DNA from: the human T2T-CHM13v2.0 reference genome, Homo sapiens
Reading direction: 5' to 3' (one strand)
DNA length: 64,000 nt
NCBI RefSeq assembly: GCF_009914755.1
Contig: NC_060939.1
Shown here: positions 1 through 60,035 of the stretch, piece by piece
Position numbering within the stretch: the first letter of the stretch is position 1
Layout: every line of letters starts with the position of its first letter
Made by a program: the position numbers and the translations under genes
Notes under the pieces: generated by a model
Told to the model about the DNA's origin: nothing
Databases searched by the model: none
What the model saw: the letters and a program-made list of their open reading frames with translations, nothing else

Positions 1-375
1 AGACACATAACTGTCAGATTCACCAAAGTTGAAATGAAGGAAAAAATGTTAAGGGCAGCCAGAGAGAAAGGTCGGGTTACCCTCAAAGGGAAGCCCATCA
101 GACTAACAGCGGATCTCTCAGCAGAAACCCTACAAGCTAGAAGAGAGTGGGGGCCAATATTCAACATTCTTAAAGACAAGAATTTTCAACCCAGAATTTC
201 ACATCCAGCCAAACTAAGCTTCATAAGCAAAGGAGAAATAAAATACTTTACAGACAAGCAAATGCTGAGAGATTTTGTCACCACCAGGCCTGCCCTAAAA
301 GAGCTCCTGAAGGAAGCACTAAACATGGAAAGGAACAACTGGTACCAGCCGCTGCAAAATCATGCCAAAATGTAA
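1..375 (+). pseudogene. L1 ORF1p C-terminal part
   Basis: REKGRVTLKGKPIRLTADLSAETLQARREW...QNHAKM matches L1 ORF1p. Confidence 0.95.
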
Positions 376-411
376 AGACCATCAAGACTAGGAAGAAACT
401 GCATCAACTAA

Positions 412-4264
<3,853 letters not shown>

Positions 4265-4499
4265 ACAATGAGATCACATGGACACAGGAAGGGGAATATC
4301 ACACTCTGGGGACTGTTGTTGGGTGGGGGGAGGGGGGAGGGATAGCATTGGGAGATATACCTAATGCTAGATGATGAGTTAGTGGGTGCAGTGCACCAGC
4401 ATGGCACATGTATACATATGTAACTAACCTGCACAAGGTGCAAATGTACCCTAAAACTTAAAGTATAATAAAAAAAAAATTTTCTTAAAAAAAAAAAAG

Positions 4500-5255
4500 A
4501 AAACTTACCACAAAATTTAGAACTGAAAAATAAAATATGTGAATAAAAAGAAGCTGTCACTGAATGGGTTGAATAGCAGGTGGAGACAACATTAGAAACA
4601 ATGAATCTGAGGCTAGATCAATATAAATTATCCTAAATAAGGAGAAAATAAGACTTTAAAATGAATAGAATCTCACAAACACGTGGGACGATAACAATCT
4701 AAAATTAATGTGATCAGAGACTCAATGGAAAAGAGAGTGTGGTGCCCAAAAATATCTGAAGAAAAAATGATTGAAAATTTCCCAAATTGGGCAAAAGACA
4801 TAAGTTGACAAATTTAAGAGATTGAGCAAACTCCAAGCAGGATAAATCCAAATAAATCCATGCCCAAATACATAACAATAAAACATCTGAAAACTAAAGA
4901 CAAATTTAAAACTTTTAGAAACAGCCAGAAAACAATTATTACCTACAGCATTAAAACTATTCAAATGACAGCATATTTTTCAGCAGAAATCATGAAGGCC
5001 AGAAGGACGTGTCATAAGACTTTTCAAGTGCTGAAAGAAAAAGAAAAACTGTCACCCAGAATTCTATGTTTGGCAAAACTAACTTTCAAGTATGAGGGTG
5101 AAATAAAGATATTCTCAGATGAAGAAAATCTAAGAAAATTTGTTACCAGCAGAACTGCCTTAAAAATTTTTTTGCTGGAGGAAGTAATTCCGACAGAAAA
5201 TAAATGATAACAGAAGGAAATGTGGAACGTTTGGAATGAAGATGAGCCTCGGAAA
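4500..5255 (+). mobile_element. Old L1M ORF1 region into which the young L1PA inserted
   Basis: ORF 4860-5207 (FSAEIMKARR...LSPRILCLAKLTFKYEGEIKIFSD) is a diverged ORF1p C-terminus. Confidence 0.75.
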
Positions 5256-5259
5256 GGAT

Positions 5260-5520
5260 ATATTACTTTTCTATTGCTTTATAACAAATTACTAGAAACT
5301 TGGAAGCTTAAAACAACACGTTGTGGATGAATATTTTGGGCATCGCTTAGCTGGATTCTCTGTTTCAGGGTGTCACCAGGTTACAACACAGGTGTTGGTG
5401 GGACTGTGTTCCTTTCTGGATCTTGGAGTCTTCTTCCAACCTCATCACACTGTTAGAAGAATTCAATTCCTTGCAGTTGTAGGAGTGAGGCCCTCAGATC
5501 CCGAAGGACACCCACAGATT
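5260..5520 (-). mobile_element. MaLR (MLT1-type) LTR fragment
   Basis: ctattgctttataacaaattactagaaact...gcttaaaacaacac and aattcaattccttgcagttgtagga resemble MLT1. Confidence 0.55.
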
Positions 5521-6155
5521 TTGCAATGTGTTCCTGAATAAGCAGTTCCTATCAGACCATCTTTCTTCTTCAAGGACTGCTGTGGTTAGGGACGCTCATC
5601 TGCAACAACACAGTGTAATTCAGCACTTCTCATGCTCTTCTTCTCACGCTCCTCAAAAATCCACCTTTTTCAGGGTGATGTCAATGAAGTCCAACAGTGA
5701 GCTGAACATGAAGCCCCACCTGGGCCTGCAGACTATACCCAAAAAGAAGAAGAATTTAAAAGAAAAAACAATTAGTTCTTATGACATAATATCCAACATG
5801 TCCAGGAGACAATAAAAAATCCATATACCAAGAACCAGGACATTCACAACTTGATTGAGAAGAGATGATCAAAAGGTGCCAGCGTTGAGAAGACTCAGAC
5901 ATTGGGATTACCTGACAAGAATTTTAAAGCAACTATCATGAAAATGCCTCACTGAGCAATTACTAACACTCTTAATACAAATAGAAAGTAGAAAATAAAT
6001 AGAAGATATAAAAAGGTACCAAGGGAAATTATGTAACAAAAAATATAATAATTGAAATTAAAAACTCACTGGGCTGCCTCAGTAGTGGACAAGAGATGAT
6101 AGAGGAACGAAAAATCGATGAACTCAAAAGCATATCAATAGAAATGTCCAGTCTG

Positions 6156-6520
<365 letters not shown>

Positions 6521-6880
6521 TCAGTAATTGACAGAATAAGAACACGGAATATTGGCAAAGATAGAAAAATGCTGAAAAATACTATCAAGCAAATTGACCT
6601 AATCGTCACTGATAAAACACATGACCTGGACCAGTGGAATACACATTATTTTCAAGTGCACATGTAACATTCAGCATGATAGACCGTATGTGAGCCATAA
6701 AGCAAATCAACAAATTTAAAATAACTAAAATAATACAAATTTTATTCTCTTACCACAGTGAAAACCAGCTACAAACTAAGTACAAAAATATATCTTGAAA
6801 ATGTCTTTGAGGACATTTTTAAGACCAATAACTCATTTAAACAATTATCTTTAAATGCTTTATTTAAAAATTATCTTTTG

Positions 6881-7228
<348 letters not shown>

Positions 7229-8238
7229 TTATACATAATAGAATTTGTGAAATGTTCTCAAAGTTCAGACGGAAATTTATAGCATTACTTATAATACTTA
7301 TATTAGAAAAGGAGAAATGTCTCAAATTAGTGACCCAAGCATCTACCTTAAGAAACTAGGGAGAAAAAAGGAATACTGTTTGCAATCTGTGAGCATTTTT
7401 TATATTTAGTGATTAAAATCACAGCCTGGCTACTATCAGGGCCATTTTCCACTTTCTCAGCATGAACTCACTTTTGGTGCCACATTTCTTTTACTGTGAA
7501 ATAAATTCTTTGATCAGAAGCAATCTTGTGTGAAACAGTGAATAAAGCTAGAGAAGGCGAATCCGTGTTCAAAGTAAGCATCTATTCCAGTGTGGACAAA
7601 TCAACGTTCCCTGCTTGATGGGGAGGGGCGGGGGTTCAGTGGAATCATCTCTTTGTGCTTATATTTTTGTGCACAAGAATATGACATGCTTCATGAAAGG
7701 AAGAACTTAGCTTAGTGCTAAATCCCCAGGGCTCAGGAGGGTGCATGCCACATAGGGGCTCAGTACTTTCGCTGAATGAAGAAATACGCTTAAGTGTTCT
7801 ATAGTACAGAGTTTTCGCAGGGGCTTTTCCTGTGTTTCTTGGATTATATTTTCCTCAAGATGAACTCTTCATCTTTCTTTCGCAGACTGTGTTTCTTCCT
7901 GTCTTTCCTTTCATCTGGGTTCTCTCGTTCCCCTTCTATCATATGTATGTGTGGTTACTGAGCCGTTTCTTTTTTTTTAAGACCGCTTTATTAAGAAGTA
8001 ATTTATATGCTGTAAAGGTTACCAGCTTAAAGTGTAACTGGCTTTCTTCCCTTAGCACCGTGTTTTTGAGGTTTATTCACCTTATGGTGTGTATCAGTAC
8101 TTCATTCCTTTATGTGATGAAATAGTATTCCATTATATGAATGAACTACATTTTGTTTATGTATTATTCATCAGTGGGACATTTGGGTTGTTTCCACTTT
8201 TTTACTATGAATAATGGTGCTGTAAACGAGTTTTTTAG

Positions 8239-8659
8239 TGTATGTCCTAAAACCTAAAATAACAATAGACAGATAGGCTCTCCAAAGGAGTTTATCTGGG
8301 ATTGGTGGGGGATTGCAATCCAAGATACCCATGCCACAATGAACCAAGAAACACCCAAAGATGCTGGGGTCAAGGCAAACTTTTATAAAGACAAAAAGGA
8401 GAAAGTCATGTAAGCTGGTTTGAAACAAAAACTCTTGACTGTTGAAGCTCATAGCTCCTCATTGGTCACGCTGGCTGTTGCTGGGGAGATGTCTTCACAG
8501 CAGCAGCTTAACATGGAGTGTTTATGGTTTCCAGGGAGTCCTTGTAATAGTTCTTATCATAGGTACATGTGCGTGAGTACTCCTCCTTCAGGGCCTCCCG
8601 GATTCATTTTGCTAGGGTTTGACCTAAGTGACCCCATTTTGGTGCTGACAACTTTCACA
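8239..8659 (-). mobile_element. ERV1-class solo LTR, MER31/MER67-like
   Basis: Minus strand begins TGTGAAAGTTGTCAGCACCAAAATGGGGTCAC; it interrupts old L1 3' sequence. Confidence 0.6.
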
Positions 8660-8918
8660 ACATATCTCCACTTCTCTTGGGTGTATACCTAGAAGATTCC
8701 CCAAGTCACATGGTAACTCTATGTTTAACATTTTCACAAATTGCCAGACTGTTTTCCTGGGCAGCTACATCACTTTACATCCCCACCAGCAATATATGAA
8801 GGTTCCAATTTCTCCACATTCTCATCAATACTTGTTATTGTGTTTTCTTTTTCTTTTATTTTTTAGAGACAGTGTCTCGCTCTGTGGCTCAGGCTGGAGT
8901 GCAGTGGTGTGGTCACAG

Positions 8919-9651
8919 TGTCGATGAAGAGTCCAACTCTGTAAAATATTTGAAGAGATTTATTCCGAACCAAATATGAGTGAGGCACAGTATCAAGAGG
9001 TCCTAAGAACATGTGCCCGGTGTGGTCCGGCTACAGCTTGAATTTATACATTTTAGGGAGACATAAGACACCAGTCAATACATGTAAGATGCAGACTGGT
9101 TCCATCTGGAAAGGCAGGACAGCTCGAAGCAGGGGCTTCCAGATCATGGGTAGATTCAAGGATTTTCTAATTGGCAATTGGTTGAAAGTGTTATTGTCTA
9201 AAGACCTCTAATCAACAGAGGGGAGTGTCTGGGTTATGATAAGGGATTGTGGAGACCAAGGTTCTTATCATGCAGATGAAGCCTCCAGATTGCGAGCTTC
9301 AGAGAGAATAGATTGGAAATGTTTCTTAGACTGAAAAAGGTGCCAGATTTGTGACTGATTCTCTGCTGTGTCAGGGAAAAGACCTGAAAGGGAAGGGGAT
9401 TCTTTGCAGAATGTAGATTTTTCCAAGAGACAGCTATGCGGGGCCATTTCAAGATATGGCAAAGAAACATATTTGGGGTTAAAATATTTTGATTTATCTG
9501 TCATGTGATGTTATGCCAGAGTCAGGTTGGAAAGTAAGCCACATCACATAGGGTTAAATAAAACTGCTTTGAGATTTTATAAGGTGCAACTCCCCAGCCC
9601 CTTAGATAGGAATTTGGGCAAGAGGGAAAAAAGGTCAGAGTTTAGTCCTCA
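8919..9651 (-). mobile_element. MER4-group (MER4E-like) solo LTR inserted into an Alu
   Basis: TG...CA termini. Minus strand starts TGAGGACTAAACTCTG...CCCAAATTCCTATCTAAGGGGCTGGGGAG. Alu halves at 8845-8918 and 9652-9790 flank it. Confidence 0.75.
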
Positions 9652-10145
9652 GTAGCTAACTGTAACTCCACCTCCTGGGCTCAAAGATCGCTCCCACCTC
9701 AGCTTCCCAAGTAGCTGGGACCACAGGCGCACACCTGCTTATTTTTATTTATTTTTTTTAGAGACAGGCGTAACTACGTTGCGCAGGCAGGTTAAGAATG
9801 CCTTTTATTATAGTCATTCTAGTGGGTGGTGAGTCATTTCATTTTGTTCTCATGTAAAAGGACAACTTCATAATATGTGAACAAATTCCCTTGGTTTTCT
9901 CTTCGAGCATTTTGCAAGTTGTATTTTGTGTTCTATTCTACATTCCGTGCCCTGATAGCTAGGAGTGAGGCAGGGAAAAGCTCAGCTGAGACTATATCTT
10001 TGCTAGAATATCTGGTCTCTGGTTTCTTGACTAGGATTTTCTAAGTGTCCTGAATCAAAGTTTCCTCCCCAGGGAATGATGCAATGACCCCTGGGGGTCA
10101 CCCCAGGCTTTGGATCCTTTATCTGGTTCAGCAGGGAACCCCTGA

Positions 10146-10601
<456 letters not shown>

Positions 10602-12154
10602 TCCAGTGAGACTTTCTGAGTTTTGTTGCGCCAGCAGGGCCATTTGCGGGAGTAATCTTACACACCTGAGCAATAATTTTTTTTCCCTGTATTCACAATT
10701 TTTTGACGTTTTTGGCATTTGGCTGTATCCTTTTGCTTGTTCGCTGTGGAGTTTTCATTTGTTTGCTGGTTTTGGGCAGGAAGGAGGTGCTGGCTTTTCC
10801 TACAGTGTGTTTATCATTTAAGTATTTGAGAAGGGAGATGCTGCAATCCAGCTGCACTCTACCACTTTAAAAATTCTCAGCAATACTTTTAGGTGTTTAG
10901 CTTACTCCCAGCAATTCCTCCTTACTCATTCATCAAACTCCTAGTCACTGTGCACCTGCTGCATGGCCGGCAGGGCTCTCAGAGCTGAGCTACAGCAGAG
11001 AACCAGAGCCCTGCCTTCGTGGAGCCTTAGTAAATTATGTCCACGTGTCTCCATCAAAGCGTATTTTGCATAAAAGTGTTGTGTTTATGGAAGACAATTT
11101 CAATACATTTAAAAGAATTTAAATCAAATTTGCCTAGGTTACAAAATTAACCAATAGGTCTAGTGCATAGCATGACTACAGTTATCATATTATAAATTTG
11201 CTAAGAGTAGATTTTAAGTGCTCTTACCATGAAAGAAACGCATACGATGTATATACAATAAAAGTTTAAAAAATGTGTCTACCCCCTAACATTCATGTGA
11301 CACTTCATACTCTACCAAAAGGGCAGAACAGAGGGGAAGCTTTAGAGCAGGAGCGGAGGAATCTGCCTCCATTTTTCCTGGGTGTTTTTTTTTTTCCTTT
11401 TTATGCATATTCTACTTATGTAGTGCCTTCATTTTCAGGCTTTTTCAATGTTGTATTTGAGAAGCTGCATCAGGTACAGCTCATTTTCCACTCATTGCTT
11501 ACAGGATGAATTAAAATCATTTGCATATTCCGTAGCTGATGATATATGCCCAAAATAAATGCAAGTCTGGCATAAGGCATTAAAAAAAAAGTACAGAGAA
11601 ATGAAGTTGTGTGGCATAGAGAAGGTATTTTTACATTTTAAAATCTTGAAGCATAAGATCTTTGAAAAAATCTTTTTATACGCACCATAAACCAGTTGTT
11701 CCTCAGCAATTTGCAGAAATCAGATCAACATGGTGTTACAGACAAATATTTACTTGAAGCCAATTTCTATATATTATCTCCTTGCAGCCACCTCAACTGC
11801 CAGTCCCTGGAATTGTACACAGTCCCTTCAAAACCTTGAGGACACCCGTGGCATTAACTCAGCAAATAAATGAGAGCCTCTGTGTGCACGGCATTGTTCT
11901 AGGGACAATGGAGGGGGTAGACATAAATAACCCAGCACCTTCCCGTGAGGCATTACTGGGGTAAATGGAAGAGAGCTGACAAAGCAAGGTAGAGATTCTT
12001 AAGGGGAAATCATGACAGATGGCCTGCTGCAGTGATAAATTCTGAGTGTCTAGAGAACTATCAATAGAGGATGGTTGACTGATATGGTTCCCAACCTGTG
12101 TGAACAGGATGGCTATCTAATCATATCCCTGGGTCAGAGCCCATAGCTCACACA

Positions 12155-12507
12155 TGATGGACTGAGTATTTGTGTCTTTTCCACCCCAAATTCACATGTG
12201 GAAATCCTCACCACTGTAATGATGGTATCAGGAGGTGGGACCTTTGGGAGGTGATCAGGTCATGAGGGTGGAGCTCTCAGGATTGGGATTAGTGCCCTTA
12301 TAGAAGAGGCCCCAGAGAGATCTTCCCTGCCTCTACCATGTGAGGATGTGAGAAGATGTTATGAGGAAGAAGGCCCTCACCAGATACCAAATTTACCAGC
12401 ACCTTCATCTTGGACTTTCTAGCTTCCAGAACTCTTAAGAAATAAATTTCTGTTGTTAAGCCACGCCGTTTATGGTATTGTTATAGCAATCCTGAAAATC
12501 TAAGACA
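12155..12507 (+). mobile_element. MLT1A-like MaLR LTR
   Basis: tgatggactga...ggtgatcaggtcatgagggtggagc...aaataaatttctgttg...taagaca. Confidence 0.8.
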
Positions 12508-13347
12508 GCAGAGGAATAGAACCTGAAGGTCAGACTCCAACATGGCATTTTGCTGCCAGCAGAGGCCCATGGGATTTGCTACAAGAGATTGCACCCACAC
12601 TCCCTAGTGCCCTTTGAAAGTATAGTTTTACTTTGCAGTTTCTTTTTGGGGCTGTGTATGAGTTCATCGTTCATAAATTTGTTTGTACTATTTGAAAATC
12701 TCTTCGTATTTCCTGCTAGTTCTGTCTCAGGCCATCAGCTCTATCAAAGTCCTTGATCTGAAGCATTCCTGACTGGCTTACATCCTTCAGGTTCCAAGGG
12801 CTATGCCCTTGTGCAAACTTTTTAGGATTTGGGAACAAGTTCATTTATGCCTCCTTTCATGGATTCTGAATCTTTGAGCTTTACTCTCAGACACTGCAGC
12901 TTCATTATCTAATTCAGGCCCCAGAGCCACAAAAATGGTTAATCAAGGATGCTGTTACCTATTTCCACCAAGGGCAATGCATACTTCCTACTAACTTCCC
13001 ACCGACTCCCTGGTTCCACCTTGCATGGTTGCTCAACAGGGAAGTATTAGATTCTCTTCTACACAGAGCTACATAAGGAGACTCAGGAGACATTTTTATT
13101 ATAGTTAGCAAAGGGGCTACTTCTTGAAGAAAAGATCGTCTTCTAAAGAAACACCTGCTCAATCAACAGTTTAACGGATACAAAAAGTGTGTCTTTGCTC
13201 TCAGAAAGAAAGGTCCACATAAACCGGGTTACTCCCATCCTGAAGAACTGCTCATGCTCTGTGACAAGTTCCTCGTAAACAAAACAAAACAAAACCAGTT
13301 TTTTTTTCTGTTTCTGGAACTAGAATGGGGAAGCAAATGTAATGGGG

Positions 13348-13366
13348 ATGCGCCACCTAGCGACGA
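13348..13366. promoter_or_regulatory. Candidate CTCF site downstream of TM2D3
   Basis: ATGCGCCACCTAGCGACGA matches the CTCF core (GCGCCACCTAGTGG type) and retains CpGs in AT-rich surroundings. Confidence 0.5.
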
Positions 13367-13867
13367 GAGATGGAACTGTCACTCAACTAAGAAAAGGACT
13401 GTGCTTTAAACAGCAGCAAGTGATCACTGAAACCTTTCAGGTAAACTGAAATCAATAAATCATCTGCTGAATGAAATATGCAGATATTTTATAGCTTCTA
13501 GATATGATATGGTGGTTAACAGTCTTCTGGATAATACACACAAGTGTTTAAAAAGCAGTAACTCAGATACCCACATTTGAAAGAAAAAATGCTAAGTTTT
13601 TAAATGTTTCAAAAGCAAGCTTGAGTAAAAATCTTTTTGAATAACTGAGTTTTTTTTCCCCGATAAAGGGTCTATAACAGATCTATACTCAAAAACATTT
13701 ATATATTTCCACTGTGTCAATAAACCAGCCAATTATGACTCTGTTAGAATGGAGTAATGCCCTGAAAGATAAAAATGTTATTCTTAACAATAAAGGTAAG
13801 TTGTAATGATTATTCAAGATTATATTTAATATAGAAAACAGGCCCACAGTATTTCTTAACTTGCAAT

Positions 13868-13873
13868 TTTATT
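13868..13873 (-). terminator. TM2D3: Likely TM2D3 polyadenylation signal (AATAAA)
   Basis: TTTATT on the + strand, about 610 nt downstream of the stop codon. Confidence 0.65.
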
Positions 13874-14036
13874 AATTTTTCAGTACTCTTACCTTTTATA
13901 TACTACTAAGAAAATTTAAACCATAACTAGACATAAACATTCTGCAGTTTAATTCAAATTTTCATATATACAGACCAGACTACATATGTATTACACTGCA
14001 AAACTTACACATGACTGAAGCTGAGCCTAATAACTT

Positions 14037-14124
14037 CAATTAGCCAACAACAGAAACACTCCCACTTCCTGCAGTCACAGCAATTAGCTAACAATAAAAA
14101 CACTCCCACTTCCTGCAGTCACAG
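14037..14124. repeat. 44-bp tandem duplication in the TM2D3 3'UTR
   Basis: caattagccaacaacagaaacactcccacttcctgcagtcacag followed by caattagctaacaataaaaacactcccacttcctgcagtcacag. Confidence 0.9.
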
Positions 14125-14482
14125 CTGAAAGACTTTTCAAGGCAGACTACATTTGGGCTGGAGATACAAGTGATGTAGTTTGACTTGGGCAATACAAAAC
14201 AAAAGTCATAGGAATTAAATGGATTTTCAATCACTGTATAATTCATTCTCCTGGCTTAAGTACGTTTTAATTTTTTCACAGAAAAAAATATATTTCAGGC
14301 AAATAAAAACAAATTCCAGATTAGCATAGTTCAGCGTTTCATTTATCTTACCTTTATCAAGGCAAACAAAGTACAGATGCTGTACATTAAAAACATAGAA
14401 ATATATCACTCACACCACATCAACTCCTACGGACAAAAGGGCTTTTTCTAAGCCCTGCTCCTTTCTGAAGCACACACCACAG

Positions 14483-24365
<9,883 letters not shown>

Positions 24366-25258
24366 CTTGCCAGCGCCTGCGCACTTCCGGGCCGGGGGGC
24401 GGGGCGCGCCTGGGAGCCGGAGCGTGAACTGGACGCAGGCGCGCTGCGACTCCTGGCGGCCGGCGTTTGCGCTTTCGCTGTCCTCGCGCGGGTCGCGGGT
24501 TTTCTTCCGGTTGAGCCTTCTGGGAGGTCCCCGAGGAGGATGCGAGCCTGGGAGGTTGTTCCATTTCCACGCGCCCCTCACGCCCTTGGACGAGGCCCTC
24601 ACCCCTGGTTCCACTGCAGGAGACCTGTTAAAGGTCATCCGTGGACCGAAATGCGCGCCCGAAGCAACCAAGAGCAGAGGCGGGCGAACGCGGGAGGCTG
24701 GCCGCCCCAGTGTGTGGTCGGATGTTGTGTGCTGGATCTCGTGCGAAGGTTCCGAGGACACTATCGCGTGGCGTTTCATCCTAAAGACACTTATTTACAG
24801 TCGGGGAAGCGGCCCCGGGACGACGAGGGCCCGAGGGACCCCTCCCCTGGGGCCGGCGCTCAGGCCTGCCGCGGCTTTCACTTCTGGCCGGCCTCTTGAA
24901 GATACGCAGCACTTCCAGAAAGTTCCTCTCAGGCCTGGAGAAGCAGGATGGCCCGAGGCGCTGGGAAGTGAGGGGAGGGTCCAGAGCCCAGCCCTGCCTG
25001 GGGAAGGTCGCGGCCGTCTGGGGAGCCGCGCTCAGGCCCCAGCTTGCGGAGACCCTTGCCGGTTTCTGTCACAGCACACCTGGGAGAAAGCGCTGGTGAC
25101 AGGTGCTCTCCTCCCACCCACGTGCTTCGGGATCGTTCATTCCGCGGTCTTCTGACTACCACCCCCTCACGTGCATGTTTGCTGAATGACTTTTTAAAAA
25201 ATACATGGAAAAGTGCCGGCACATAAGCCCTGAATGTTAGCTTTAAAAATCGTATCAC

Positions 25259-25632
<374 letters not shown>

Positions 25633-25781
25633 TCACTGTTCACATCCCTCAGGAAGTTAACTAAATGATCAGTATATTGAAAAGAGATTATTTCTTACAT
25701 TTCTTTTGAATTTCACAGCATATCGCAAAATAAACAATACTTCTTGTTTGGTAGCTGAATTCTCTATTGACATAATGCCAT

Positions 25782-26250
25782 TTTAATTCAGTTCTGAGCA
25801 CGTAGAGCATTCCTCTCTTTAAAATCTGAAATCCATTTCAGTACATAAATCCATGGAATGTCATCCCATCAAAAAAGTAACAACTCTAGGTGAGCGGCTT
25901 AGTGGTGGTAGAAGCCCACAGCTGAAACGCTGGAAACACTGATGCAATTCATTTGGGAATTTATTTTTTTCTAAAGCGGAACAAAACCTAATTATGAATA
26001 AGAAACATTTAAATGGCAACTCTTAACCTATAGTGCAAACACCAGATTCCACAAAACTGAATTCCTTTGTCAGTAATCCAATATTTAGCAGTAGCTGCTG
26101 CTTTTGTGGTTGTTGGTTAGTTAAGTAATGATTCCAGTTTAGAAGATAAAGTTTCAGTGTGAATTTTAGTAGAAGTCATAAAAATACCTGAGACATATTA
26201 GAAAATAAGATTTTCCCTCCTATTTAAAAAAAACTCTGCAGACTTTTATT
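25782..26250 (-). terminator. TARS3: Candidate TARS3 polyadenylation signals
   Basis: AATAAA on the minus strand at 26245-26250 and 25960-25965; ATTAAA at 25782-25787. Confidence 0.5.
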
Positions 26251-26579
26251 TGAAGCCCATCTTTTGAAAATCACTAACATTTCATAATCATTTCCTAGTG
26301 TTTTGTTTCACTTTCTCGATGAATAATATTTCCCCATTTAAGTTTCTCAAGGCATTGATTGCTGGAAAATTTCCCACGTGCCCTCTAAACGTCCCCCGTG
26401 GACATGAGTAAATTAAACTTCGTGCATGTCAGCTACACGTTCATCGTCTCCTTTCTCAGCTGAGGCCATGAGTGGACCCATCAGTGGCTCCAAAGTCGTA
26501 GAAGTACTAACATGTTAAGAAAAATACATTTTTAAGGGTCAAAACAAAGTTACACAGAAGCAAATATCAGGGAAGGACT

Positions 26580-58056
<31,477 letters not shown>

Positions 58057-59114
58057 CTTCAAGATACATGCATTCAACATTAAAATCTGCTAGGGCAGAT
58101 CACAATTCCATGCAAAGTAACACTATGAGCAAATATTTTCAAATTGGGCTCATGTCCTATATTAATTCATGATTAATGTACCCTCAGTTTTAGGTGTGGT
58201 GGTTTCTGGATCTTGGAAGAAAGATTTACATATGCTTAGTATAATTTCTATTGAGTATATTTATTTTATAGCATATAACAGTATATAGTATATAATGTTT
58301 TAGTTCTTTGAAAAGTAGTAATTGAAATACAATATATATAGAAACTCACTGTAACTACTCCAAAGTCCTTCTAAACAGGTTTTTTCCTATTAAGAGGCAG
58401 AAAAAATTTATAATTTAATAAGCCTGAATGCCATGTTGCATGTTATAATTTTGATTTATTTAGTTTTAAACAGAAATAAGAATTTTAGTGTATAACGATT
58501 TAAGTAGTTGAAATTATTAAGTCATGAGCTGGCCTCTCTCCCTCCCTACCTATTAACAGCTTCCCTAATTGAATTACTGGAGACAGGAGAAGAGAGTTTT
58601 TTTCCAAGCAAAGTTTTAACTTTATTTAAACTTTCTTTAAAAACAAAACAATTAGGTGATCTTTGTTGGGTAAATATTTTATGTGCACTTTCCAAAAATG
58701 CATATTCTGCTGTTGTTTTACAAATGTCAATTAGGTCAAATTGTTTTGACAGTAATTTGATAGGGACCCTTTGCATGACAGTTTTAATTTGGATGAACAC
58801 AAAAAGCTGAATAAGTAAGAATTCTGAGAATCCTTAGATTCTCAACATTTGTAAACCACTTAATGGACATCTGGCCCAAATCTAGAATGCCATGTATACT
58901 TTGAGCACATTTGAAAAACTGTTTTCACAGCTAAAAAAACATAAAACATAACATTTTAAGATTACTAACAATGGTTTTATACAACTGAAAGGAATGTTGT
59001 CTGTTATTCTTCAGCAGGGCATCCTGGCAGTCCACGGTAGACAGCTTAGGTCTCGGCCATTCAGTGAGCTGCTTTACCTATCCTTTGTTTTTACTAAATT
59101 AGAAAACCTTAACA

Positions 59115-59455
<341 letters not shown>

Positions 59456-59682
59456 CTATTTCAGATGGTTCCATATATTCAGATTAAACAAGGTCCCAGA
59501 AATTAAGGGTGAGTGTGTGGGTGTGTGTGTGGCAGGGTGTGCGTGTTCGCTTTTACTAAAAACTACTTTTAAAGTCTAGCTCAGGAGATACTGCTCAATG
59601 CATTTTTAATTCACTCTGAATGCAACCATGTTAGGAATGTATGTCTTCTTGAGATGTTTAGAAATGATTTTAAACTATCCCT

Positions 59683-60035
59683 GCAATGGACTGAATGTGT
59701 CTCCCCCAAAATTGTGATATTGATACCTTAACCCCAAGGTGATGGTATTAGGAAGTAGGGCCTCTGACAAGTGATTAGGTCATAAGGGTAGAGCCCTCAT
59801 GAATGAGATTAGTGTCCTTATAAAAGGATTCGCAGAGAGCTCTCTGGTCCTCTTTCTGCCATCTGAGGTTACAAGAAGTCAGCAGTCTGCAACCTGGAAG
59901 AGGGCCCTCACCAGAACCCAACCATGCTGGGACCCTAATCTTAGACTTACTGCCTCTAGAACTGTGAGAAATACCCTTATGTTGTTTATAAGCTACCCAG
60001 TCTAGGGTACTTTGTTATAGCAGCACAAACTAATG
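59683..60035 (+). mobile_element. MLT1A-like MaLR LTR
   Basis: atggactgaatgtgtctccccc...gtgattaggtcataagggtagagccctcatgaatgagattagtg...tttgttatagcagc. Confidence 0.8.

Noticed and set aside
4860-5207. Domesticated L1 ORF1-like gene
   Set aside because: Only a 115-aa fragment within decayed L1M sequence; flanking frames are broken.
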